DNA from: Pelomyxa schiedti
Taxonomy: Eukaryota; Protista; Evosea
DNA: 64,000 nucleotides
Assembly: GCA_020536535.1 (NCBI GenBank)
Contig: JAHLWZ010000386.1
Coordinates: 1 to 64,000, forward strand
Direction of reading: 5' to 3'
Shown: positions 11,801 to 26,200 of the stretch, one piece after another
Numbering within the stretch: position 1 is the first letter of the stretch
How the letters are laid out: each line of letters starts with the position of its first letter
The notes under the pieces: model-generated
Database searches by the model: none
Told to the model about the DNA's origin: nothing
Seen by the model: the letters and a program-made list of their open reading frames with translations, nothing else
Translations under genes and position numbers: made by a program

Positions 11801-14551
11801 GAGTTCTCTGATTGTCTCCAAGACAGCTTTGAAGTTATTTTCTTTGGGCTTCCGCCTCATTAAAACGTTGAATCCACTGTACACGCTGCCCTTTGGATCG
11901 TTCCGTAGATCGCATTGGTATTGTGCTGTGTCCAGCCATACCCGGAATGTGCGCGACACACCCTCACGCCGCTTCTCCTGTGAGATAATTTCTAGATCAC
12001 GTACCACATTGCCTCTCTCATCAATGATTTCATTCACCTCACAACCACGAATCACTTCCACACCCCATCGTTGCCTGCAGTTGTAAAGTGAGTGAGATGG
12101 AGGCATTATCTGCACATACGCAAATGGGAGTGAGGGATCAGGAGTATCTTCAGGTCGTATACGCGATTGTATACTGAGCAGGAAAAGAACATCATGTTGT
12201 CGAATTGCTTCCCACTCTTCTTTGTGAGGTGCTGCTCTGCAATCAGAGAGGGAAATGCGTATCTGTCACTGTTGTCAGAAACTGAGAGAGCTGTGAAACA
12301 AAGGGAACCTCAGCAACAACTTCAGCAGGCTTTGTTTCACCTATTGCTGGTTTTGAAACACGAGTAATTCTGGACAATGAATCAGTTGTGTGAAGAAAGA
12401 TGCCAGTAAGAAAAAGACCTAAATTCTCGCACAGGCAGGGCCATTCTAGACCAACCAGTGAGTTCCGTGAGTTTATTCCACCCAAGGCGTGGGTTGAGTC
12501 GCTTCACAACAGACTCTATATCTTCTCGAATTTCGTAGGTAGATTCGAGCTGAAAAAGGGTGTAGTTGCGCAGCAGGTAATCGTGAAGCGTGAGGAATTG
12601 CAGATTGAGTTTTGGCAGTGCAAGGCAACCGAGTCCAGTGTAATTGATTGAAGGGATTATTGCTTCGTTCCAGAGTAAACTCTATATTATGCAGAGACAT
12701 TGAGTTGAGGGGAATTTCAACAATATGTCCACGTGAAATACCTCAGATGGATACAACGGCTCTTCATTAATCTTATCTAATTGTGAAATTCTTTTTTCCA
12801 GGTAGTAAATAATCACTTCCGTCAAAAATGATCGAGTTTCATGTGGTTGGGGAGCCTTCAGTGAAGGGTGTCAATAAAAGAAATGGAATGCAAACACACA
12901 CCTCAGATACCAAGTGAAGATGGAAGGCAAGTAGGCGCAATCTTTCGGGTGTCAAATCTTTAAGATGCTTCAGAAGAGAAACACGTGTCTCCACAGAAGC
13001 AATATTTGACAGTGCAGCGGATCTAAGTTCTGGGAAATATCTGAAGGCTACTCTCTTTGGATCATGTGTCATTTGAAGTGGCTTGATTTTTTTGGATGTG
13101 TACCTGAAATGCCTGAATTCTTTCACAGTGAGCTTGACCCATTTCAGCTATGGTCAATGCTTCTCCAGTGAATGTGTTGACCTCAAACCATGTGTAAAAA
13201 CAAAGAGAGTCCACCAATTTATTAAAAAGGCTAAAAACAAAAAAGTAAGGGAACCATGAAAACAATTGGATCTTGCCTGTCCTTTGGAAGCAACCGGGAG
13301 AGTTCAGAAAGCTTACATCGCACATGAATTTGTGCATTGATAAAATAGAGATGGAAAGCACGTCTTGTGGGCATTTGTCCCAACAGATCGATCAAAAATT
13401 CCACAAATCGTTCACAGTAAAGAAGTACATGAGGATTTGCTAGGTTCTGGTGTTAGACCCCATCATCTAAGAGAGAACAAACGTGGTACTGTCACAGTTG
13501 ATTCGAGTGTGGCAAGGAACTGGTTGATGATGCATGGAATGAAAGATGTTTCAGGAAAATCATTCAAATTCTTTCCTGCACACCACTGTGTTGGTAGTCA
13601 TCTTAAAATTTGATGCACACACCTGCATATTTCTCACATGCCATTTCCCAGTGCTTTTGCGTGCTTGGGGCTGTCTTGAGTTCGTTTCGCACTCTGGACT
13701 TGTTCACGTGCAGCCACAGGGGCACTGAAGTAAGTCTTGTAGGATTAAAAGCTCAGTTCATCGGCGTAAACAAAAAACAATTGCACACCTCAAACAGAAT
13801 TGTCTTATCATTTTGTTTTCAAGACTCTGGAAGCAGTTGATGAGAAACAGTGTGTAAGCAATTCGCTCAGAATATTCCAGAGGTGATTTGCTCAACTCCA
13901 CAACATTTTTCATGAATGCAAGAAATTTTTCTTCAGGTAGGAATGTGTCTATTGTAGTATGATGTAACACGATTAGCCAACTCAACTGTTGTAGGGGAAG
14001 AAGATGAGGTACCCCAAATAGTTGCCCCTTCTCTTGCCTTCTCGTTTACCATGACAATAATAGACATAATATGTGCAACTGAAGCAGTTGGTGTCCAATT
14101 TGGCCACAGATAACTTTGAGGGGTGAACATTACACCATAGGATGAAGTTCAGAGGCAGAGAATACCTCTCCAGATAAAAACTCAGTTCCAACAACATTAC
14201 ACGTTGCAAACTGGAGTCACTGCAACAACCAGCCTTCAATTCCCTCTGATAAATTTCCTCCACAATCTGCGCACTGAATGGCGGGTGCGACTTGACATGC
14301 GGTGCCCAATGCTCCAAACTCAACTTGGTCAAATCATCTGCATCACACGTCACACTGAGTTCCCTCAATTTTGCCTCCCCCACCAATATCTCCAACTCCA
14401 ACAACAAGGGGAAAAACCAACAACCACAAACAAACAAAAAAAAAAAAAAAGTTGTTATACCTCGGAGTATTTCGGCGACACTTGGTGTTACGGTTCTCCT
14501 CTTCGTATCTGTTGTCGACACCGCTGTTGGTGCAGCCGCAGTCGTCGCCAT
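8865..14551 (-). CDS. AQR: Intron-binding spliceosomal RNA helicase Aquarius (IBP160), many exons
   Basis: Motifs [71 protein letters not shown] and [24 protein letters not shown]. Confidence 0.95.
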
Positions 14552-14747
14552 TAGGTCGTGGTAGATCCCGCTAATTTGTTTGTTGTTGATCAACAGTTGC
14601 TCCTTGAAGGAAATATTTTCGTTTGGTTTTTTTTTTTTATCCTTCTTTTCGTTTCCTCTGTGTCCGACACCAGGGTCTTGTCACGAGAGAGCTGCCGTAT
14701 GTGTCGTGCTTTTAATGGGTGGCAGTAGTGGGCTGGGTGGAATGTGA

Positions 14748-17700
14748 TTATGGGTTGTTGGTGGTGCTTGGAAGCAGGCTGGACTCCTCGTTCGGAACAG
14801 AATTTTGTTGTGAATGTGTGTGATGGTGGTGTGAATGTATCTTGTGCTTACTGTGATGATGATGATGATGATGATGATTGCTGGGATACAAAACCGCTGC
14901 CTCTGCTGTTGTTGTTGCTGTGAATGAGGTTCCGGCGGTGGGTGTTGTTGTTGAAGTTTCAGGTGGAGCTGCGGAACCCTCCGGCGTTTCATTGCCCGCG
15001 TATTCTTGGTGTGTATTGTGGGAAGAACTCCTGGTGGGTGGTTGGGCTTCAATATAATTTCTATGCAAGCTTGGGGAGTCATAGTTGAGGCGTGATTCGT
15101 GCTGTATTATAGTTATCATTTAGACATTTATTTTACTTGTCCGGGCATCATTCTTGACACTCTTATCTTACCTTAACGATGCTGAACTGGGGAGTGTCAA
15201 GCAAAATAGTATCATCTCCAGCAGCTGACAATTCATCCAAAAATAGTGTGGGTTCGTGTTGCCGGAAGTACCAGTGAGAATACACCCACAGAGGAACCGT
15301 GGTCAGGGGAAGGATAAAACCAACAGTGCTGACTGGGAATCTTTTCAGTTCAAGAATACCTTTTTGGTGTTGACTCGGACAGTGTGATGCGGAAAGGAAT
15401 GGCATGCATACATAGGGTTGTTACTTGGTAGAATATGAGACTGAGCATAGTGCCATGGCTCAGCCACTGCAGCATGGCACCTCCACTCTCATACTTGCGC
15501 ACGAAGATATATCTTAAAAGGTATTGACCCTAGAGATTGTTTTCAGTGTTTCAGGTGTGTTTTCCCATTTGTGTGGTGAGCACAACACACTTCAAGATGT
15601 GCAAAGAAAAAATAAATCAATGTAAAAGGCAAGATCATTGGAGAAATTGTACTGAATAACATCCCCACTGCAAGAACCAGAAGGTTTCTGGAATAGGAAG
15701 AGACCCACTTCATGGATCGTGAGTGCCTGAGTTTCTTCATGTCTTAGGAATAGGTAAGAGCAGAGAGGCAAGTCCCTCACTGTGCACAAATAACAACCTC
15801 TGGGAGTGCAACCAAAGATCTTGGGTGCTAACCAGAGCCTAAGTAAGGTTGCCAAGTGGCTCAGGGAAAGAATTGGGCCACAAATAGTAATGATCTGAAT
15901 ACAATCGATAAAAAAGGTTGCTTGAAGTGGAATGCTTCGGGAAAATAGTTGTGCATATTCGAGAATGTCATATAACACCTTTCGATTGTGTGTTAGACAT
16001 ACTGGTAAATTTCCATAGAATTTCGTTCACCAAATATAAATCAGTGAATATAGAGCCAGCAATAATATATACAACAATAACACTCACAACAAGAAGTATG
16101 AAGCAGGACATTGTTCCCAAAATTGCGACATCCGACTTCTAGAATTCCATGAAGAAATGTTCTCAGTTTTTCTTTGGAGTAGAGATTGTTGTTACCTTCC
16201 TTATGCCCAGTTTACAGTCGAACATTGAGAGGACAACAGGGACAAAAGAAATACATAGCACAGTGATAAGGGCAGGGATAAAGCCTTGAAGAAGCCCAAT
16301 AAGCAAGGGGCCAGATTGAAGCACTAAATGAACATGGCATTAGAGGAACCGTAGATATAGCTTGTGGGGTAAAACCAGTGAGAAAGCTGAGTGACTCAAT
16401 GTTTGAAAGAAAGCTCAACGAGCTAAGTGAAGCCGTGAATACCACTAGGAAGGCGCAGAGAATTGTCATCAAAGAAAGCATGGCAATGTAACCAACAATA
16501 CGGGTCGTCATTTGGCCTCTTGTCACCAATAAGGCGTGCCATACCACATCATTGGGATGAGGTGCTGCAGTGTGTGGATTACCATAATTGAGTGCCCTGA
16601 AGCGCAAAAACCTTGTGTGACAATAAGTGGCCGCGGAATGATGTCAGGGTTAATAATTTGTTTCTGGTAATGGCATAGTGAAGCAGATGAAGCTGTCGAA
16701 AAGAGTGCAAAGGCAAAATTAGTGAAGTTTGTCAAATGAGCTTGCTCCTCAAATAATGGATCTAAAAGAGCCTCTAAACGTCTCACTTCTTCTTGATAAT
16801 ATTCGATTGAATCAACTTTGGTTCCAATAAAACAGAGGCAACACTTGATAGATGGCACAAGACGGGTTGGACGTTTCTTCAGTTGCTCGAACTCATATTG
16901 AGCTCTTTCGAAAGCAATATATGCCTGGTTTCTTGAATCTATTATTTTTTATGTTCTAAGATAAAAAAAAAGAATATTAACAAAGTAAATACTGTAAATT
17001 ATGAGGAGTTTACCCATAATTTCATCAACGAGTGGCCGGACCACAACCCTGTGCACATCCACCAGATCGGGAAATGAAGGAATAAGGAACTCTTTGAGCC
17101 TTTCAGAATCCCAGGTCAATGGTACATTTTCAAGCAACACTGAAAAGTGGTGCAGGTCTCCAGATTTTTTGTAGTTGCGACTCAGTGATACATACTGCCA
17201 GTAAGATTAATCCAGTTTTAATCCCCTATTGGTTGTTTGTTGAGTTACCTTTTTGTTCAGCCACAATACCAGCAGCCAAACAAGGGCAGTGTTTACAAAT
17301 AGAGAAACCAAATGGACCCATAATAGAAGGGAGCCATCCTCCAAATTTGAAATAGACGTCACATCAACTCCATGAAGCTGAGGTGGCGTGGCTCCCCAAG
17401 AACCAGAACCAGAGCTGAAATATGGTTTTGACGTCTCACCCAAAACGTCGACCGGAGTCAAAATCGCCAGAGCTTCAATGCACAGCGCAAACGAGAACAA
17501 CATGCATCCCTTGTTGAAGCACAGGTAAATGAGCGCATCGAGTCCTTGTTCTCTCAGAACTGCGGAATCTCGCTGCCCAACGAAGAGGTGATAGAACAGA
17601 GGACCGATGCCCGCCGGGGGCGCGAATCCCTCAAACCTGGGAGTCACTTATTATGGGATTAAATGGCCAAGATGACGCCAAGTTGGCCGAGGGGGAAGAA

Positions 17701-17869
17701 TAGAATGTTCGCACAATTCGGTCTTGGGCTGGTACACGTCAGCGTGCCTCTTTCTGCAAAGCAGAAAAACAAGCAGCAGGCACGCACCCATAAGTACACA
17801 TATCAAGAAAGTTGTGAGGACCTCCTCCGTGCTCGCTATAGGAACAAAGCCACTGGAACTCCCGTCCAT
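14748..17869 (-). CDS. OSCA/TMEM63/CSC1-family mechanosensitive or osmosensitive cation channel (multi-exon)
   Basis: N-terminal TM followed by VYQPK, GLDALIYL, SISNL...LWVH, SVLLENVP, AAPHPNDVVW, SIPLQATFFI and FSTISPMILPF. His-rich C-terminal tail. Confidence 0.9.
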
Positions 17870-19244
17870 CACCACTTCAGCTTCAGTGAAAAACTTTTGA
17901 AGTTTTTGAAGATGGCACTTTGTGTGTTCGTTTTTGAAGTGTACTGGGACTTACTGCTTTGCGGGGAAAAAAAATGCCTCTTCGGTGTATTTTGTTACTA
18001 ATGTAGGAACACCACAAGTGGAGAAAAGTTGTCAAGGCCATGTACCCACTTACACTCTATTCGCGGACCATGTCTCTCACTGGGCAGGGTGATTGCGTTT
18101 GGTGCCATAAGGACTCTAGTGCCTGATGAGGAGAGGCATGCTGTTGAAGTGACGAAACTTAGAAGCTGGACTACGAACTAGTTAATAGGTGTCGGTAGGA
18201 TTGTGTCAGTTGGTTTGTATGCTGTTGGTAGAACTACAAGATTGTTTCTATTTAAGGTGCATATGCAAGTTCTTATTGCTTACACAGCTCCATGAAAGGC
18301 TCTGTGAAACGGAAAATACAAGTACTAGTGATTATCAATTCCCTAGCAATTCATGCACCAAACGATCAAAATCTAAGTGGCAGAAAAAGCTAAAGTTCAA
18401 AGTAGAAAATTGAGTTTGTAAAAAGGATTCCACAGAATTGTTGAAGCTCGATATGAACTGCACAACTTTGTGCAACTTCGCTGGAAAACATACTCCAGTC
18501 TTGAATTTTGGTAGCAAAATCCCTCCCCTGCTCATTCAAGTGTTCTACGCAATTTCCCACACTGTGTTGGCTGATGGTGGATTCTACAGTTCATTATGCA
18601 GCGTCAAGGTTGCATGACACCACATGAAATTGCAGGTGCACTAGACATATGCATGCTGCAGTGTTCTGCTTGGAGTTTATGAGGTGGATATTCCGAGGAT
18701 ATTCATGCCCAACTCTTGATAGCGCTCTGCAGCAAGTTTCTCGTGGAATTGATGGCTACTCCATGTTGGCGGAACTCAACTGGGAAACGTCAGGCCAACC
18801 AATCCAGTTCCCACATGAACCTTACAAAGCGAATAGAAATCACCTCCTTTTTCTTTACTCAACGTTTGCTGTTGCCTAGGGAACGCAGGTTCCCCCTGGG
18901 CCGAATTTCGTCTTTGTTCCCTGGCTGGGTCTTTGAGCCGACTTTCAATTGCTCCCGAAATTGCAATTGATGTCAATAATAAATTGAACAAAATTTTTTT
19001 TTCCCTTTGAACGAGATCTTTTTTTGTTTTTTTTTTGTTTTTCCTTTGATCGCACATCGCCGCTACACCGGAGGCTCTCGGTAGAGCGACTTTTTTTTTC
19101 CCCACTTGTCGTTATCGTTTGTGGCGCCATAAACCCCAGTCCGCGTTGTTGTGTTTCCGCGTTGTCGTTTTGCCTCGTTTTTTTTTTGTACCCAAACCGC
19201 GTCACCGATCAACACTAGTTGGTGGTTTTTTTTTTCCAGAATAA

Positions 19245-19932
19245 ATGGCCAAGGAGCGACAACACACCGCCCACAACCAGGAGAAGAAGTGGCACAGAAA
19301 TGGCATCCACAGGCCATGCATGACGGGCAAGCGCCCCACTAAAGGAGTACGTTTGCTCCCTTTTCGTTGCCTTTTTAATCCCCAGACACACCCGTACTCT
19401 CGGGGGTTATTTTATTTATTTTGCGTTTTTTGCTTTCCATCCCTAATGTCGCCTCACGCCACCCTTTTTTTTTCCCCTCCAAAACAATAATAAGACTCCC
19501 ATCATTTCACTCACATGAATGCAGATGGATCCCACGTACCTCCGCAACCTTCGCCGTGTGAGACGAGGAAACAGAAAGGCCGTTCTTCTCTCACGTGGTG
19601 TTAAACTGTACCCAAGCAAAAGATCAGCAGCCAAAAAAGAGACCCGCCGCAAACTCGAGGCAGACAGGGAGAAAATTGAGGCCGCCAAGAGAGCCAAACA
19701 AGCCGAGGCCGAGGCCAAGAAGAAGGCCCAGGAGGCTGAAGTCGAGGCCAAGAAGAAGGCCGCCGCCGCAGCAGCCGAGGAGAAGAAGAAGGCTCTTCTT
19801 GCTGCCCGCGCCGAAGCAGCAGCCAAGAAAAAGGCCGCAGCTGCAGCCGGAGGTGACAAGCCTGCCGCCGCACCAGCAGAGAAGCCTGCCGCCGCCAAGC
19901 CCGCTGAGAAGCCAGCAGCTGACAAGTCCTAA
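19245..19932 (+). CDS. RPL29: 60S ribosomal protein eL29 with an Ala/Lys-rich C-terminal extension; intron 19347-19524
   Basis: MAKERQHTAHNQEKKWHRNGIHRP...KG|MDPTYLRNLR matches the eL29 core. Confidence 0.93.
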
Positions 19933-20261
19933 GCACCTTCACCGTAATTCGTAAACAAATAACACACAAGAAGAGCTCTTTGTGCTGTGTTGTTTGCTTT
20001 CTTTATTCTACACAAGATCCAATGAAAGAGAATCACCCATTCCCTACGGTGTGATCGGCTGTGCGTGATGGCCCATTACTCTCGCTTGAGTGTTTTTTGG
20101 TTCCCGGAACTCTCGTTTTGGTGGAGAGCAGTGCGCTGGGCCAGAAAGGAAGACGGGTGGATCTCGTTCTTGAGGCAATCTTCTTGATTTGGAAGAGTCC
20201 TGTTGATTTCCTCGTTGGTTTTTTTTGTACTGTTTGTGCCGTTGCGGCTCATCGTCTCGGA

Positions 20262-23200
20262 ATGAGTGACGGCCCACCACAACCGCCGCGGCCAGTGGCT
20301 AAGCACCAGCACGCGGACTCCAAGCACAAGAGGAAGGCCTCCTCGTCTTCGTCGGCGCACAAGCACCACGGCCACGACAGGCACGGCTCGTTGTCTTCGT
20401 CTTCATCGGCGGCGAGCCTGAAATCGCCGGTGGACGACGGCACCCTTGTGTCATACCCAATTTCGCCGCCGCTCCCTTCTTCCCACGACGCGCCCGGGCC
20501 TCCCAAGAAGTCGCCCCACCTCCTGATTGCCCGGAAGCCCCAGGAGTCCAGGTCGCCGCCCATAATCGGGGCCGAGTCGCCCGTCGTTGCCGATTTCGAC
20601 ATCCCCCCGCCGTCCCTGGACGACCTGCCGATTGCCCCGCCGCCGCCGCTCTTCGACGACGTGCCCCCGCCGCCCTTCTTTGACGACGTGCCGCCGCCGC
20701 CGGACATGTTCGGGGTCATCCTGCCGCCGTCCCTCTCCTCGCTGCCCACCCCGCCGCCGTCGCCCTCCATCGCGTCGCAGTCCTCCGACTCCTCGCCGTT
20801 CCCGTCGCCCCCGCTCTCGCCTTGCGTGCAGCCCATGCCCTCCCCCCTGCTCACGCCGCACTCGTCCCCCGAGTTCATGTACACCCCCACCTCCATCGTC
20901 GTGCAGGAGCTGCCTTGCTCGCCGCCGGCCCCTCCTCCCCCTCCGCCCCCTCCGCCTCCGCCTCCTCCTCCTCCGCCGCCTCCGCCGCACCCACTGCATT
21001 CGCCGCACTCGAAGTCGAGCTCTTTCACTTCCCACAGCTCGTCGGATCTTCTGCCGTCTTGGCTGTTGGTTCTCCAGCCTCCTCCACCTCCCCCGCCTCC
21101 TACGACGCCTCCGGCGCCGCCACTGACACCCGCGGCTGCGGAGCTACCATCGACTGCGGCTTCCGGCAGTGATGCTGTTGCGCCCGCCGATCAGAGTGAC
21201 TCTAAACCCACCACACAGACGGCAGTGCAGTCAGTGTCAGTCTGTGAACCCTCTGAAATTCCCCCCACGAGTACTGGGACGGGGACTGCTCCAAGAAAGC
21301 CCATTATTCCAGTCCTGAATTTCAGTGGAAAACCCACTGAACAGACACAGTCACCTCCACTCCCTTCCCAAGGAACTTCCATCAATTCACCAACAGTCAA
21401 CTCACCGACCGTCAATTCACCAACCATCAATTCACCAACTGTCAATTCACCAACTATGCGGTCCAGACCCCTTGTCCCTCAACTGAGAATTGGTTCTTTG
21501 AGCATTTTGTCTTCCGAGTCTTCCACTGAACAACACGCAACTACACCACCGCCACCCCCAGTGGCACCTCCCCCTCCACCACCAGTGAAGTATATACCAC
21601 CATCAGCTGTTGAGAGACCAGTCACTGGTATTACAACGGCAAGACGAAATGAACTCAGCATGAAGGCTCACTTGCATAGAGTGGTACCTTCCTTCCTGAT
21701 TTCCCACATCCGTATACTAAATACAAACACAAACTGTAATGTGTAGAATGTGACTATGAAATGGATTGAAGATGTCCTTGGGGTGAAATTGCACGATATC
21801 TCGGAACTGTGTGATGGAGTGAGTAATACGTCTATCCTTTTTTTTTGTTGTTGAGAGCTAACAACTGCAAAGGTTCTCCTTTGTGAACTGGCAAATAAGA
21901 TAAAACCAGGAATCATCCCTCATATTAATACTGTTGGCATCTCCTCTCCAAAGATGTCACCTCAGCGATCAAACAGCAGCTCTGAAGACCCAGTATTTAA
22001 TAGTTAACCTATTTGAATGCTCATATCCCACCTACGCTTCCAGACCCAACAATTGAATGTCTTTCAATGCATTGAAAACATCACACATTTCCTAGAGGCC
22101 TGCAAGCAGTTTGGCCTCGATGGGAATACACTGTTCTCACCTACTGACCTTGTGATGGCCAACAATATTCCCAAGTGCGTCTCTGCATTGATGAGCATAG
22201 GACAAGTTGTCAGTTCTCCTCCTCACAAGTTTTCACCTGCCATTGAGAGCAGCAACCCAACCTCCAAGAGCACTCATGAGAACTACTCCCGGGAACAGAT
22301 AGACGCTGCCATGCGTGATTTAAACATGTGCTCTCAAGACCATGTGAGTGCTTTTTTCCCTCCTTTTGTATATTACTTCTCTCTGACACCTCGTTTTCAA
22401 GGAACTACAATCACTGGAGGTTATCATCCAGGTAAAGCCCACTCTCGGAGTAAGGAGAATAATTCTTCTTTTCCGTACAGGAACATATGACGGCTGTCAA
22501 AGAGTTCGAAGAGGAAAAGGCAAATTTGGAAAAAAAACTCAAAGACTCAGAGGATGTGAAAGTAAAAATGAAGGCACTTGCTGATACACTGGGCAACAAA
22601 CTCAAAACCTACGAAGGAAACACTACCAAGCTGAAGGAGGTTCATCTCCACCATAATAAAAACAAGTTCCATTGCCATTTCAAAATTAAAAAACAGATAG
22701 GAAAATGCGAGTTTGCAAGAAAAGTTGACCAAGCAAACTGAAGCGTTGCGAGCTCTTGAGGCCAATGCTGCAAAACAGGTTGGTGTTCTTTCACTTCTCC
22801 CTCTACTCATTAGACAATGGAACAACCCCTCAAGGCCGCACACAATCCAGCGGAATTGGAGGCCCACTTGCAGAAACGGGACAAAGATTTCGCCGCGAAG
22901 AAAGCTGAACTGGAAACTGCATACCTTGCGCAAATCCAAGATGTTAAGCTGGAAAAAGCAAAAGCTGAGGCAACCTGGCAAGCACAAATCAAGACGTTTA
23001 TCAAGGATCAGCAAGATTCTAAAAGCCAACTGCAAGCTGAAAAAGAGAAAGTGGTCTCTTTGCAACAGCAATATGCACGGGAACGCGCCACACTTGAAGA
23101 AAAGCTCAAGAAGGAGATTCTTATCTTAGAGAAAGAGTGCCAGGCTTCTAGGGTAGAGAGAGCCAAGCAAAGCAAAAGGATTGCTTTGCTGGAGAAAGAG

Positions 23201-26200
23201 CGTGATACAGAGAAAGAAAAACTCACTTCCTACAAGCAGGAGTATGAAAGAGACAAGATGGTGATAGAAGAGAATCGGAAAAAAGAAATATCTGCGCTTC
23301 AAAAAGAGAGAGACCAAGAAAAAGCCCGATGTTGTGCACTACAGCAAGACATTGAAAGGGAGAAACACATGACAGAAGAAAAATTTAGAACTTCCCTTTC
23401 TGAGCAAGTGCAAGCCTACAATCAAGAAAAAAGAGTTCTCCAAAGCCGGTTTGATGAAGCTCAAAGAGAAGTCTTGCAGTTGAGAGAGAAGGGGAAGGAA
23501 TTTGAAGAAGAAAGGACGAGAGAAAAGGTTGAGTTGGAAAATTATAAGGAAAGGTGCCAAAGGGAACTCGAAGGGGTCAAAACAGAAATGCACAAGATAC
23601 TGGAAGAGCAAGTGTCAGTGGAAGCAGAGAGGCAACAAGAGAGGCAAGAGATGCAGAACAAGATGGAACAAATCCGAAAAGCCTTAGAAGAAAAAAGAGA
23701 GAGAGAAAGAAGAGAGGTTGAATCTGCATACCAAATTGAGAGAGCTCAATCACGCCAAGAGCGGGAAAGGGAAAGAGATTCCATTATGCAAGACTGTGAG
23801 AAACTAAAAAAAAGCTTCGAGCTTGAATGCGAAAAGAGAAGGATGCTGGAGCAACAGTATGAAAAGGAGAGACGAGTTGTGCAACAAGAGCGGGAAAGAG
23901 AAAAACTTTTATTTGAGCAATCACTACAACAAGAAAAGAAGGTTCTTGCCCAACATCAGGAGAGAGAAATCGCGGATCTCAAGCTTCAGTACGAAATGGG
24001 ATTGGAAACTTCAAAGAGAGAGGCTGAAAAGGAGAAATCTGCTCTAATATTCGACTTTGAGAGACAGAAAGAGGCCCTCCTGTCTGAAAGAGAAAAAGAA
24101 CGCTTATTAATTCAGCAAGAAAGAGATAGAGAACGAAAGGAGCTGCAAGCTCAGTGTGGTAAAGACAAAGTTGTCTTTCAACAAGAACTGGACAATGAAA
24201 AAATTCTCCTTCAACGGAAGTATAGTAAAGCAAAGAAGCTACTATTATTGGAGAGGCAAGAAAAGCAGGGTTTGAAAAGAGACTGTGAACATGAAAAAAT
24301 GATGGTTGAAGAAGAAAGAAAGGTCAAGAGAACACTTGAAAAAACAATTGAGGAACTTCAGCTGAAAGAAGAAACAGTACAAATAGAGTTTGAGAGGCAA
24401 CGCTCTGAACTTGAAAGAGACTACGAAATTGTTAAACAGATGCTTCAAAGTGAGAGAGATCTTACTCAGCAACTACAAAACGAGTGCTCTCAAAGAAGGA
24501 TGAGAGAAGTGGAGTGTGGGAAAGAGGCAAGAACACTGGAAATGGAAATACAACAACTAAAAATGGACCTGGAAAAGGAACATACCAGTAGAATTTTGAC
24601 AGAAAAGGAAAGCGAAGAAAAGAAAGCACTTCTTACAGAGCTGACTGTGGAAAAGAACACCCTTGCACAAAAATTCGAGAAGGAATTCAATCAACACCTT
24701 CAATCCTGTGAAAAAGAGAAAAGAGATCTCCTCTTGGAAATCGAAAAGCAGCGAAAGCTTGTCGAAAAAGAGATTGCCGATAAGCAAGCAAACCAACTGA
24801 AATATGAGCAAACAAAAAGAGTGTTGGAACAGGAGTGCGAGAAGGGGAAATTGACTGTTGAGCAGGAAAGAAAAGAAAGACGTCTTGCTGAACAGAAACA
24901 CAGGGAAGAAGTTGCCGCTCAGGAACAAAAGCACCGTGAAGAGCGCCGATTTTGTGAACAAAAGTGGGAAGAAGAGCATAGAGCACTGGAGAAAGAAAGA
25001 AATGATTTGAGAACACTCAATTGCCAACTGCAGGAAGAGAGGAGCATTGAAGCAGGTCAATGGGAAAAAGACAAAAGAGTAATGGAACAGCAATGTAAAG
25101 ACGCGAAATTTCAGCTTGACAAAGAACTGGAAGAGAAAAAATCTTTACAGCGTGAGTGTGAGTGGCAAAAACGAGTACTCGAGCAAGAAATTAAAGAACG
25201 GCAATCACTTGAACAGGAGTGCACACAACAAATAACGGCTCTTGAACAGGAGGCATCTAAAACGCGCGCTCTCACCAAAGAGTGTGAAGAAAGAGCTTCA
25301 GCTCTTGAAGAAGAAAAAAAAGCTCACGCTATGTTGCAACAGCAATTTGAATCGCAATGCAGATTGACCTGTCAAATGCAAGAAGAAAAATCCACTCTGC
25401 AACAGGATCACGAGGAACTTAAGAAGCAACTTCTTCACACAATGGAAGAATCGAAAAATGCTTTAGAACTGGAACGAGAACAGGGTAATGAGACCGTTAA
25501 AGGATTTAAGAAATCTCTGGAAAACTTAGAACGGGAACTATCCAAGTGTAAAGGAGATTTGCATGTAACCAGCCTTTCCTCTTTATGCCCTTTTCTTACA
25601 TCGGAAAGGCGTCATCCTCCCATGCCCAAGAGCTTCAAAATATGAAGGTACGACAGAAACCTCGTTTCATCCAATATCAACCACCAACAGGAAGAGCAAC
25701 AAAAGCAAATTGAAATTATCAATTCTGAGCTGTCTTCATGCAAAGCTGACATTTCGGCATGTCTGCGTCTCATCTTTCACATCTAATTTCACATTAGGCG
25801 TTTGGTAAAGAAAAACAACTGCACATCAAAGAAATAGAATCTCTAAAGGTTGACAGTTAGCAATGAAAAATACATCCAACCCCCAAATTATTATAGGAGA
25901 GGCTAGCACTGCACAAAAAAACGTGCAAATGTGCTCGATTGGCAGAAATTGAAAAAGAATTTGCGCAGTGTACCAATGATCTCCATGTATGGTCTATTCC
26001 CCCGTCAACGATACTGATACACGTTCCCACAGGTTGCTCTTGCAGCCAAGCAAGAATGCCTGAACCTCAAAGTATGTAATTTCCAAAAGAAAGTAAAAGC
26101 GAACATATGCAAAAAAGTCACAAACAAGTACAGAACCAAGCTGTTGCTAGGTGCGAAGAATTGCAAAAAGCTCTTGCAACTATGAAGTCTGATTTCCAGG

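Noticed and set aside
17150-17250. Apparent frameshift in the OSCA gene
   Set aside because: A GT-AG intron gives an in-frame NKK|YVSLSRNYKKSGDLHHFSVLLENVP.
18123-18158. Hammerhead ribozyme-like CTGATGAG...GAAAC
   Set aside because: Stem II does not pair beyond one G-C and no compatible stem I or cleavage triplet was found.
20249-21172. Long overlapping or antisense ORFs in GC-rich patches (also at 39.3-40.3, 45.1-46.1, 55.4-56.5 and 59.7-60.5 kb)
   Set aside because: Shadow ORFs caused by high GC content or repeats opposite real genes; no domain signatures.
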